Positions 9,334 to 17,640 of a DNA stretch of 25,520 nucleotides are shown piece after piece (position 1 is the first letter of the stretch; the number at the start of each line of letters is the position of its first letter). The notes under the pieces were generated by a model. That model had not been told where the DNA came from. It saw nothing but the letters and a program-made list of their open reading frames with translations, and made no database searches. A program made the translations under genes and the position numbers. The DNA is from a virus (taxonomy: Duplodnaviria; Heunggongvirae; Uroviricota; Caudoviricetes), in the IMG/VR virus record IMGVR_UViG_2695420380_000007; one strand, given 5' to 3'.

Positions 9334-9966
9334 TCAGAGATGGCCCAGCTCACATCGCGCCACAAATCCGATGTCTGTATATCCAGTGCGTCCGCNNNNN
9401 NNNNNNNNNNNNNNNNNNNNNNNNNNNNGGCGGTCGCCCTTGTCCGTTGTGTCCGCATCGCGGTAACGCTCCAGAATCAGGGCGCGTGTGGCGGTATAAA
9501 CAGCATTGCGCCAGTGCCAGAGATTGACGCTTTCTCCGTTAATTACAGGTGCCGGAACATCGGCCAGCNNNNNNNNNNNNNNNNNNNNNNNNNNNNNNNN
9601 NNNNNNNNNNNNNNNNNNNNNNNNNNNNNNNNNNNNNNNNNNNNNNNNNNNNNNNNNNNNNNNNNNNNNNNNNNNNNNNNNNNNNNNNNNNNNNNNNNNN
9701 NNNNNNNNNNNNNNNNNNNNNNNNNNNNNNNNNNNNNNNNNNNNNNNNNNNNNNNNNNNNNNNNNNNNNNNNNNNNNNNNNNNNNNNNNNNNNNNNNNNN
9801 NNNNNNNNNNNNNNNNNNNNNNNNNNNNNNNNNNNNNNNNNNNNNNNNNNNNNNNNNNNNNNNNNNNNNNNNNNNNNNNNNNNNNNNNNNNNNNNNNNNN
9901 NNNNNNNNNNNNNNNNNNNNNNNNNNNGTGCGCGGTGTAAACGGTCACGGAGCCAAACCGGAACAC
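9334..9966 (-). CDS. L: Head completion/stabilisation protein L (largely hidden by N-runs 9397-9428 and 9569-9927)
   Basis: Position between M and X; the visible middle segment 9429-9568 encodes a clean peptide on the minus strand (LADVPAPVINGESVNLWHWRNAVYTATRALILERYRD...). Boundaries approximate. Confidence 0.5.
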   Translation of the reverse strand: MFRFGSVTVYTAHXXXXXXXXXXXXXXXXXXXXXXXXXXXXXXXXXXXXXXXXXXXXXXXXXXXXXXXXXXXXXXXXXXXXXXXXXXXXXXXXXXXXXXXXXXXXXXXXXXXXXXXXXXXXXXXXXXXXXXXXLADVPAPVINGESVNLWHWRNAVYTATRALILERYRDADTTDKGDRXXXXXXXXXXXXGRTGYTDIGFVARCELGHL

Positions 9967-9997
9967 CGCGCACGCCGCCCGCTGACGGGGTCAGTCG

Positions 9998-10798
9998 TTA
10001 ACCGCGCTTCGCCTTCTGCGTCGCGGTGGTTTTTCGTGTTGCAGGCTTCCGCGTTGTCTTTTTACTTTCGCTGCTTTCGTCCTGCGCCTGCTGTGCGCTG
10101 GCGTCTTCTGGTGCGGCTGCGGAATCGGCTTTTTTCAGGGCGCGGGAAAGGGTTGCAATCTCGCGTTTCACACCTGCGTTCTGGTTCAGATGCATCGCTT
10201 CGCGCAGCAGCTTCAGTGATGAGGCCATGCTGTCCGCATCGCTCAGGCCACGGCGGGCAAAGGCGCACGCCTTGCATAATTTGGCGCGCACTTCGTCCGG
10301 CATATCCTGGTTGGCGACAATTTCCCAAAGTGTGTCCAGTGGTTCGATAAAGACGGACAAATCCGCGTCGGCATCCGTCCCGGCCTGCGTCAGTACCGGA
10401 TTGCAGATTTCTTCGGTCAGCACTGTGGCAGCAGTACGGCCAAAGTTATCCGGCATGATGAGGTTGTGACGGACCGCATACGCACCAATACGCAGCGCAA
10501 GCGGAAGATCGCCGCAGTCAATCGCCCACACCATCAGCGTGGCAATCACTTCGTCCTGTTGCCCGCCGTCAGCCTCCAGCGTTCCCTCAATCCAGCCGGA
10601 AAAGTCCGGCAACAACGCTTTTTTGATGTCGGCTTTCGCGCTTCTGGCCTGTACGCCCTTAAGCCGGGCCTGTGCCAGACGCAGACGATACAGCACCTCT
10701 TCATGCGCGGTACGCGCGGCGTGGTCCACACCTTCATTCGCCCGGCCTGCGCGCTGTGCCATCACGTTCTGCCAGTGTTGCTGTGCAGGAGTAATCAT
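9998..10798 (-). CDS. M: Terminase small (endonuclease) subunit M
   Basis: 266 aa, ATG 10796-10798 preceded by GGAGAG; position between N and L; basic Ala/Lys-rich C-terminal tail. Confidence 0.8.
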   Translation of the reverse strand: MITPAQQHWQNVMAQRAGRANEGVDHAARTAHEEVLYRLRLAQARLKGVQARSAKADIKKALLPDFSGWIEGTLEADGGQQDEVIATLMVWAIDCGDLPLALRIGAYAVRHNLIMPDNFGRTAATVLTEEICNPVLTQAGTDADADLSVFIEPLDTLWEIVANQDMPDEVRAKLCKACAFARRGLSDADSMASSLKLLREAMHLNQNAGVKREIATLSRALKKADSAAAPEDASAQQAQDESSESKKTTRKPATRKTTATQKAKRG

Positions 10799-10815
10799 TT
10801 TTTCTCTCCGTTACA

Positions 10816-10834
10816 GGCGGGCATGATGCCCGCC
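10816..10834 (-). promoter_or_regulatory. Intercistronic stem-loop between capsid gene N and terminase gene M
   Basis: Perfect palindrome ggcgggcatgatgcccgcc between the N stop (10844) and M start (10798); no U-tract, so more likely an attenuator or mRNA-stability element than a full terminator. Confidence 0.45.
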
Positions 10835-10843
10835 GTGAGTTGA

Positions 10844-11896
10844 TTAGCTGTCGGCGAACTTCAGGCCAGTGACCATCGCGCACTTGCCATAGTCTTCAAC
10901 GACATAAGCGTCATTGATGGACTGGTAGGTGGCGATGCGGTTGTATTCCGGTTCGTCTTTCATCAGACGACGCATTGAACCTTTCTGCCAGTAAATCGAC
11001 AGGTTGTTGAATGAGGTGATCAGCATCGTTGCATCCGGGAAGAACGGTGCAAGGAACACACCCAGCCCGCCAATGGTGCGCGATGACAGGATGAGCTGCC
11101 CGGCAAGTAATTCCGCATTGGGATTCTGGCCGCTGATGCTGTTCAGCACTGGCAGACGCAGCGAGTTAAACAGGTTGCGCCCCATAATCACCACGAGGTC
11201 GTCAGCTTCCTTGTGCCATTCATCCAGCAGAGATGAGCGCGCGTCCTGTACCAGTGCATCAGGGTTCGCGTATTTACCCGCGTGCGCCACGGTGTTGTCC
11301 ATGTTGCGGGAAGTCAGCGTCACGTCATTCATTACGCGCTCGCTGGCATTGGTTCTGATGTGCTCCAGCCACCCCACGTTAACGTCCTGAAGCAGCTTGT
11401 TGGTGCTGAAGTTGGACTCATCCGCGTGAGATGTGCCGTTGAAACCGATCATGATGCGGTCAAGTGCCACCTGTCGGGCAATCTGTGCGCTGATGCGGGA
11501 CTGAAAATCGCTGTGTGCCGACCAGGCATCAAGCTGCGGATACGAAATAAACGTGTCGTAGTTCACCTGTTCGCACTGGTATTTGCGGTTTTTCAGATCA
11601 ACCACGTTATTCGGGTTACGGCGTTTTGTTCCGTCATAACTGGTATTTGTGCGTGCAATCGGTCCTGTGGTGTCCAGGAGGATTTTTTCGCCTTTCTGGT
11701 CGGTCACGCCGATCACGTTAATTTTTTTTGTAAGTTCGGTGCTATCCTTTGAGGCGTTTTCAAAACGTTGCTGCACCGCAGGTTCCACGGTAAATCGCGA
11801 TACCAGTGCAGAAACCGGGATATTGTTAAGCGACGCCTGCTGCGCCATATAGCAACCCAGCTTGTTGCGGGTAATATCTGACATCACCAGATTCAT
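10844..11896 (-). CDS. N: Major capsid protein N
   Basis: 350 aa; FTVEP...GEKI...NLSIYW...YVVEDY resembles P2 gpN (from memory). AAGGAG lies upstream of ATG 11894-11896; an alternative ATG is at 11882-11884. Confidence 0.85.
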   Translation of the reverse strand: MNLVMSDITRNKLGCYMAQQASLNNIPVSALVSRFTVEPAVQQRFENASKDSTELTKKINVIGVTDQKGEKILLDTTGPIARTNTSYDGTKRRNPNNVVDLKNRKYQCEQVNYDTFISYPQLDAWSAHSDFQSRISAQIARQVALDRIMIGFNGTSHADESNFSTNKLLQDVNVGWLEHIRTNASERVMNDVTLTSRNMDNTVAHAGKYANPDALVQDARSSLLDEWHKEADDLVVIMGRNLFNSLRLPVLNSISGQNPNAELLAGQLILSSRTIGGLGVFLAPFFPDATMLITSFNNLSIYWQKGSMRRLMKDEPEYNRIATYQSINDAYVVEDYGKCAMVTGLKFADS

Positions 11897-11919
11897 AAAA
11901 AATTTGCTCCTTTGTCTTA

Positions 11920-12756
11920 TCAGAAGTCAGCCAGCTGGTCGGAGGCTGCGCCCGTTGCGGTGAACCGGTTCTGCGGATCGCCGTCCTGCGTGCGCAGTTT
12001 TTCCTTCAGTGCTGTCAGCTCCGTGGTCAGTAAAGTGATTTTCTGGCTGTCCTGCTGATGGCGTGTTTCCAGCGCATTAAAACGGTCGATAATGTCGGCC
12101 TGTGACGTTGCGACGCTTTCCACCGCTTCCTGAATACGGGAGAAACTGGCGTCATCCGCTTTGCGGCCACGACCAATAATCCCCATTACGCGGTTAAACC
12201 ACTGGGTGCCTTCTTCCTGGCGTTGTTCTGCCATTTCGATGATTTCAGACTCGATGGCTTCGGAGATAAGCGGTGCTTCACCCTGGATACTGTTGAACGT
12301 CATCACCGCCTGACGTTGCTGTGCCGTGAATTTCAGGCGCTCAGTGCCCAGGCTTGCCGGGGTGTCGGTCATCGCCAGCCCGACCAGATAGGCGCGCCCG
12401 TTAACGGAGAACTGCGGGTGCAGTTCGATACTGGAATAGATTTTCTTGCCGTCCGCGACAAGCTGCTTCATGCGCTCGGTCGGTTCGATTTCTGCATACA
12501 GCGCAGTACGTCCGGCCAGCGGACCTTCCGTAATGTCTTCCGTACTCAGTGCGGTGACATCGCCCATTGCGGAAAATTCGCTTGACGGGCATGGCGAGAG
12601 ATAGTGCTCAACGTTCACGCGGGCAGCGTAAACATCCGGGTTGAAGTTCTCGGCGGCTTCACGCAGATGCACCGGACTGATTTCACGGCCATCAACAGTT
12701 GATCCGGAGACAGCCACGCGAAACTTTTTGCGGGATGTCTTTTTTTCATTAGCCAT
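11920..12756 (-). CDS. O: Capsid scaffolding protein O
   Basis: ATG at 12754-12756 (MANEKKTSRKKFRVAVSGSTVDGREISPVHL...) preceded by GAGGGG; resembles P2 gpO (from memory). The 838-aa track ORF 11920-14436 is an N-run read-through artefact. Confidence 0.85.
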   Translation of the reverse strand: MANEKKTSRKKFRVAVSGSTVDGREISPVHLREAAENFNPDVYAARVNVEHYLSPCPSSEFSAMGDVTALSTEDITEGPLAGRTALYAEIEPTERMKQLVADGKKIYSSIELHPQFSVNGRAYLVGLAMTDTPASLGTERLKFTAQQRQAVMTFNSIQGEAPLISEAIESEIIEMAEQRQEEGTQWFNRVMGIIGRGRKADDASFSRIQEAVESVATSQADIIDRFNALETRHQQDSQKITLLTTELTALKEKLRTQDGDPQNRFTATGAASDQLADF

Positions 12757-12787
12757 AGTTTTTGCCCCTCTGACTGGTTCTTCAGTC

Positions 12788-14766
12788 ATGATGGCAAAGC
12801 GTAACAGGCTGATACAAAGGGCTTTTGTTGTAAGAAAACGGCCAGANNNNNNNNNNNNNNNNNNNNNNNNNNNNNNNNNNNNNNNNNNNNNNNNNNNNNN
12901 NNNNNNNNNNNNNNNNNNNNNNNNNNNNNNNNNNNNNNNNNNNNNNNNNNNNNNNNNNNNNNNNNNNNNNNNNNNNNNNNNNNNNNNNNNNNNNNNNNNN
13001 NNNNNNNNNNNNNNNNNNNNNNNNNNNNNNNNNNNNNNNNNNNNNNNNNNNNNNNNNNNNNNNNNNNNNNNNNNNNNNNNNNNNNNNNNNNNNNNNNNNN
13101 NNNNNNNNNNNNNNNNNNNNNNNNNNNNNNNNNNNNNNNNNNNNNNNNNNNNNNNNNNNNNNNNNNNNNNNNNNNNNNNNNNNNNNNNNNNNNNNNNNNN
13201 NNNNNNNNNNNNNNNNNNNNNNNNNNNNNNNNNNNNNNNNNNNNNNNNNNNNNNNNNNNNNNNNNNNNNNNNNNNNNNNNNNNNNNNNNNNNNGATGCGA
13301 CGGCCACAGGAAAGAAAGGCCGGGCGAAAAAACTCAAAAATCATTTCACGCCGGAACAGATTGCCGCACTGCGGGAAAAAATCATCAGCAGGCTGGAGTG
13401 GCATCAGCGGGGCTGGTTTGACTCCCTGACGCTTTGCAGGGAAGCCGGGATACGTAACAGGATGATCCTGAAATCCCGACAGATTGGGGCGACCTGGTAT
13501 TTTGCACAGGAAGCACTGCTGATGGCGCTGCGTGACGATGTGGCACAACCTTACCAGCGTAACCAGATTTTTTTGTCTGCGTCGCGTCGTCAGGCGTTCC
13601 AGTTTAAAAGCATTATTCAGAAGGCCGCGGCTGAAGTCGATGTGGAGCTGAAAGGGGGCGATAAAATCATCCTCTCCAACGGCGCAGAGATGCATTTTCT
13701 CGGCACTTCTGCTGCGACGGCGCAATCTTACACGGGCAATTTTTATTTTGATGAATTTTTCTGGGTCAGTCGCTTTGCTGAACTGCGCAAGGTGGCTGGC
13801 GCTATGGCAACCCTCAGCGGACTGCGGCGCACCTGCTTCTCCACGCCATCCACCGAAACGCACGAGGCATACGCCTACTGGAACGGCGACCGCTGGAACG
13901 AGAAAAAGGCCGCGCATAAACGCCAGCGTTTTTCTGTGGACTGGAAAACGCTGCATAACGGGCTTATCTGCCCTGACCGGACGTGGCGGCAAATTGTCAC
14001 GCTGGAAGATGTGGTTAATCACGGCTGGAAACACACCGATATTGATGAAATTCGTGATGAAAACACCGAAGACGAGTTCCGCAATCTCTATATGTGTGAG
14101 TTTGTCCGCGAAGGGGAATCGGCATTTAACCTGAATATCCTGATTGGCTGCGGTGTTGACGGATACGACGACTGGAAAGACTGGAAACCCTTTGCCCCCC
14201 GCCCGATGGGGAATCGTCCGGTATGGATTGGGTATGACGCAAACGGCAGCAGTGGTAACGGCGACAGCGGCGCTGTGTCCGTGGTGGTTCCTCCGGCTGT
14301 TCCTGGTGGTCGTTTCAGAACGGTGGAGACGCGACGCGTTCAGGGGCTGGAATTTGAAGAGCAGGCCAGAGTTATTGAAGAGTTCACGTATCGCTACAAC
14401 GTGGAACACATCGGCATTGATGCGACGGGCGGGCACGGGGATGCCGTCTATCAGATAGTGAAACGGTTTTTTCCCGCCGCCATCCCTTACACCTTCACGC
14501 TGTCATCAAAACGGTCGCTGGTACTGAAAATGCTGCAAATAATGCGTGCCGGGCGGTGGGAATACGATCGCGCCGAACGCGAGCTGGTTGCGGCCTTTAA
14601 CGCCGTGCGTAAGGTGAAAACACCGGGCGGTTTTATCACTTACGAAACGGACCGCGCGAGGGGGATCAGCCACGGCGACCTTGCGTGGGCAACCATGCTT
14701 GCTGTCATTAACGAACCGATTGGCGGCGAAGGAGAAAACGAGCGTTTCACGGTTATGGAGTTCTGA
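12788..14766 (+). CDS. P: Terminase large (ATPase) subunit P; 5' end uncertain because of N-run 12847-13293
   Basis: Unambiguous coding from 13294 (KSRQIGATWYFAQEALL... to stop at 14766). If the N-run is an artefact with a 2-nt overlap (ga), the frame joins ATGATG at 12788. ATGA overlap with Q. Confidence 0.7.
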
Positions 14767-15812
14767 TGAGCAGAAAAAATAAAAAAGTGCGCATGAGTTC
14801 ACGCATTGATCTCGCTGATGCGCTCAGGAAAGAATCGTCGCTCAGTGCATTCACATTTGATGGTCCTTACCGCCTGACCGGGCATGACCTGCTGGACAAT
14901 ATGTACTGTGCTGATAACGGGCGGTGGTATGAAACCCCGGTGGACTGGTACGGTCTGGCAAGAGCTGCCCGGCAAACGTCCTGGCATCAGTCTGCGCTTT
15001 ACTTTAAGCGCAATGTATTGCTCGGCTGCTATATTCCGCACCCGCTGCTTTCCCGGCAGGATTTCTCGGCGCTGGCGCTGGACTGGTTTGTGTTCGGTAA
15101 CGCATTCCTTGAGCTTCGGAGCAATATGCTCGGCGAACCGCTTAAATTACGGCACGCCCTGGCGAAATACATGCGACGCGGAAGCGATCTTGAATCATGG
15201 TGGTATGTGCAGGATGGCAAGGATGCGTTTCAGTTTCGTCCTGGCAAAGTGTGCCACCTGATGAATCCGGATATTAACCAGGAAATCTACGGCATGCCGG
15301 AATATCTTGGCGCATTACTCTCGGCCAGCCTTTCTCATTCGGCGGACATGTTCAGAAAACTGTACTACGACAACGGATCCCACGCCGGGTGCATCATCTA
15401 CATCGGTGCAGCGCAGGTAAACCGCGAAAGCATGGACTCCCTGAAAGAAACGCTACAGGGGGCACGTGGTGGTGGTGCGTTTAAAAACGTGCTCATTCAT
15501 GCGCCCAACGGGGGCAAAGAGGGGGTGCAAATTTTGCCGTTCCAGCAGATCACCGCAAAGGATGAGTTCATGAATGTTAAGGCGGCATCCCGTGATGATG
15601 TGCTGGCTGCGCACCGCGTTCCGCCGCAACTGATGGGGGCGATGCCGGGCGAAAAAAGTGCGTTTGGTGATGTGGAGAAGGCCGCGCGGGTTTACGCAAT
15701 TAACGAGCTGATGCCCGTCATGGAGGCCATGAAGCACATCAATGACTGGCTTGGCGAAGAGGTGATCCGCTTTAACCCTTACGCACTGTTAGACACCCAG
15801 CCCACATCCTGA
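14766..15812 (+). CDS. Q: Portal vertex protein Q
   Basis: 348 aa, ATG 14766-14768 overlapping the P stop; size and position (last gene before the presumed cos region) match P2 gpQ. Confidence 0.8.
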   Translation: MSRKNKKVRMSSRIDLADALRKESSLSAFTFDGPYRLTGHDLLDNMYCADNGRWYETPVDWYGLARAARQTSWHQSALYFKRNVLLGCYIPHPLLSRQDFSALALDWFVFGNAFLELRSNMLGEPLKLRHALAKYMRRGSDLESWWYVQDGKDAFQFRPGKVCHLMNPDINQEIYGMPEYLGALLSASLSHSADMFRKLYYDNGSHAGCIIYIGAAQVNRESMDSLKETLQGARGGGAFKNVLIHAPNGGKEGVQILPFQQITAKDEFMNVKAASRDDVLAAHRVPPQLMGAMPGEKSAFGDVEKAARVYAINELMPVMEAMKHINDWLGEEVIRFNPYALLDTQPTS

Positions 15813-15839
15813 CGCGCTTCGCTTGTCTGCTGCTTCGCC

Positions 15840-15862
15840 GGGGCATAAAAAATTTATGCCCC
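15840..15862. other. Perfect 10-bp-stem hairpin downstream of Q
   Basis: ggggcataaa-aaa-tttatgcccc; no U-tract on either strand, so not a canonical intrinsic terminator. Confidence 0.5.
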
Positions 15863-16303
15863 GACTCTCCAGCTCCTGTATCAGTCAGATAATTTCACGA
15901 CGCTTTCCTGCTGATTGCCATCATCGACAGTCAGACTCTTACGCAATCCCACCTCGTTGACTGCATATTCTCGCCGTCTCAGTGCGATTTTGACGGCCTT
16001 ACCTTTCACCCCATCAAATCAAAAGCCCTCACGTCTTTTTCACGCTCAGCGTGAGAAATACAGCCATTCTGTTGTATCTCTGCGACATCGTTCAGGGAAT
16101 GCTATTTACCCCCTGAAACGCGGGCTGTTCCCCCGTCACCTGCGCGCAGAAAAAACGCGTTTTTTTGTGCATGCACGGATCCTTGACGGATCCAGCCGCC
16201 ACGCGGGCCGGAAGGGCAAAAAGTCGTTCAAAAAAATTGTGCAAATTTGTGCACTATTGTGCATTTATAAAATCAACTAAAAAACACCTAGTGTGACTTA
16301 CCT
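15863..16303. other. Non-coding, palindrome-rich region between Q and the cargo operon; candidate cos/packaging region
   Basis: No credible ORF. Palindromes at 16040-16054, 16150-16165 and 16167-16176; CGGATCC direct repeat at 16176-16182 and 16187-16193; G-rich 19-mer 16122-16140. P2 cos lies next to Q (established knowledge). Confidence 0.4.
16237..16263. repeat. Three direct TTGTGCA repeats at exact 10-bp phasing
   Basis: TTGTGCA at 16237-16243, 16247-16253 and 16257-16263, immediately downstream of the stop of the last cargo gene. Confidence 0.6.
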
Positions 16304-16489
16304 CTACCACTCGATCGGCACGTAGTCATTAAGTTCCGGAGACCAATTGCACTTTTCACATCTGTGTTTTCCATTCTGGCAGATACATAAACGATAACGG
16401 CCACAATGCGGGCACCCATTTTCACCATTATCATAATCACCGAGCGACCATTCCTGCATAAGCAGCTCTTCTTCATCATCATTTAGCAT
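16304..16489 (-). CDS. Small Cys-rich (zinc-ribbon-like) protein, function unknown
   Basis: 61 aa; ATG 16487-16489 preceded by AAGGGGGA; CPHCGRYRLCICQNGKHRCEKC gives a CxxC...CxC...CxxC pattern; acidic N-terminus. Confidence 0.55.
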   Translation of the reverse strand: MLNDDEEELLMQEWSLGDYDNGENGCPHCGRYRLCICQNGKHRCEKCNWSPELNDYVPIEW

Positions 16490-16503
16490 TAATCCCCCTT
16501 GAG

Positions 16504-16743
16504 CTATTTACTCTTCTCGGCCCTCAAAATCATACGAGAACCATCATCCAGCTCCCAATTAATTTCACCGCCTTCTGCCATGACTAGATGCCAAACGAGT
16601 TGAGCGGCCTCGTTGGTTACATCGCGACCGCGATCATTTCCTACGCGGCGTTTTGTTCCGTCTCCTAAGTCACGCATTTTTGCCAATACGATGGTTTTTG
16701 ATAGCGGTGAAAAACCAAGCTGTAGTCGTGCTGAATTACTCAC
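16504..16743 (-). CDS. Hypothetical protein (79 aa)
   Basis: GTG start preceded by AGGGGG with 6-nt spacing; overlaps the stop of the upstream 174-aa gene (GTGA), suggesting translational coupling. Confidence 0.5.
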   Translation of the reverse strand: MSNSARLQLGFSPLSKTIVLAKMRDLGDGTKRRVGNDRGRDVTNEAAQLVWHLVMAEGGEINWELDDGSRMILRAEKSK

Positions 16744-17264
16744 TGGCTGCCCCCTTTGTACTGTGTTAACTCTTCCTGCTCCTGCATCATGCGATTGACC
16801 TGAACGCGTGTGCGTCGAACGGCAAAATTAAATTGAAACATGAGCCGGAACATTTCTGATGCTTCCGTGTGAGCATCACGGATAGGTGACAGGCGGTACA
16901 GTTCTGCCTCCGTAGCTTGTTGAATCAATGACAGATCAAATTGAAGTGCGGGTCTGGTACATTTTGCACATCTGGCAGCAAGCTCCGGTATTAGTCTCTT
17001 AACGAAGGTGTTTTGCACCGCTTTGTTGATTTGTGTCTGCATCCAAATCGCAAATTTCAGCGAACGCATAAGTTTGATAGCCTCGGGCAGCGGCAGATAG
17101 ATCATGCTGGTAGATTTGGGTGGTTGGTGAACCATCTTCACGGATACGCGATTTCGCAGCGTTCGGAAAATCGTGTTCCCAACAACAGCTTCTACGGATA
17201 CAGGACAGGGAGCCAGACCAGCCCGCAGTGCTTCTTTCATTAGCATGTATTCGTATTTTTTCAT
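16740..17264 (-). CDS. Hypothetical protein (174 aa)
   Basis: ATG 17262-17264 preceded by GAGGAA; 60 nt downstream of parR; no family recognised from the sequence. Confidence 0.55.
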   Translation of the reverse strand: MKKYEYMLMKEALRAGLAPCPVSVEAVVGNTIFRTLRNRVSVKMVHQPPKSTSMIYLPLPEAIKLMRSLKFAIWMQTQINKAVQNTFVKRLIPELAARCAKCTRPALQFDLSLIQQATEAELYRLSPIRDAHTEASEMFRLMFQFNFAVRRTRVQVNRMMQEQEELTQYKGGSQ

Positions 17265-17324
17265 CGTGTTTTCCTCGTGCGGGGCGACAGTGCACCCCGA
17301 TAAAATTAAAAGCCGTCAAATTCG

Positions 17325-17636
17325 TCATTCAGGAAATAATGCCCGGATATTCCCTGCTATCTGACTGGTTATCTGTGCGGTTGGTACTGGCTGTGGCACG
17401 GGGCGTTCTGTCCTGGTTTGTGTCACCGATAACGCCTCATCGTCAGCCCATGCAGCCAGTCGGTAAGCCTCTGCTGGATTCATTTTCAGAAGTGCCAGCC
17501 CGGCCAGAAAAGCCACGCGTTGGCCGCTTTTGCGGGCTTCTGGTGTAAGGCTGCCCAGCCAGGCGCATGCTTCGCTTTCGTTCTTGACGGCCGCAGGCTT
17601 CAGATAGAAACTTATCCGTCTGGTTGGTGTCGTCAT
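17325..17636 (-). CDS. parR: ParR-like centromere-binding protein (ribbon-helix-helix partition adaptor)
   Basis: ATG 17634-17636 preceded by AAGGAG, 4 nt after the parM stop; 103 aa; RRISFYLKP...EARKSGQRVAFLAGLAL resembles R1 ParR/StbB (from memory). The longer track ORF 17325-17771 overlaps parM. Confidence 0.65.
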   Translation of the reverse strand: MTTPTRRISFYLKPAAVKNESEACAWLGSLTPEARKSGQRVAFLAGLALLKMNPAEAYRLAAWADDEALSVTQTRTERPVPQPVPTAQITSQIAGNIRALFPE

Positions 17637-17640
17637 TGGT

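Noticed and set aside
9121-10350. 409-aa plus-strand ORF
   Set aside because: Largely translated N's and antisense to the well-supported minus-strand genes L and M.
11920-14436. 838-aa minus-strand ORF
   Set aside because: Reads through the 447-nt N-run; only the 3' part (11920-12756, scaffold protein O with its own ATG and RBS) is a real gene, and the 5' part is antisense to terminase P.
15840-15862. Hairpin after Q as a rho-independent terminator
   Set aside because: Perfect 10-bp stem but no U-tract on either strand; kept only as a structural element, possibly part of the cos region.
15915-16280. 121-aa plus-strand ORF in the Q-to-cargo intergenic region
   Set aside because: Low-complexity Arg/Ser-rich translation spanning the palindromes and phased repeats; no RBS. 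The region is better explained as non-coding cos/regulatory DNA.
16304-16489. Cys-rich 61-aa protein as the late activator Ogr/Delta
   Set aside because: The cysteine spacing (CxxC-x5-CxC-x6-CxxC) does not fit the Ogr-type zinc finger as I recall it, and the gene is in the cargo island rather than at the ogr position next to D and att.
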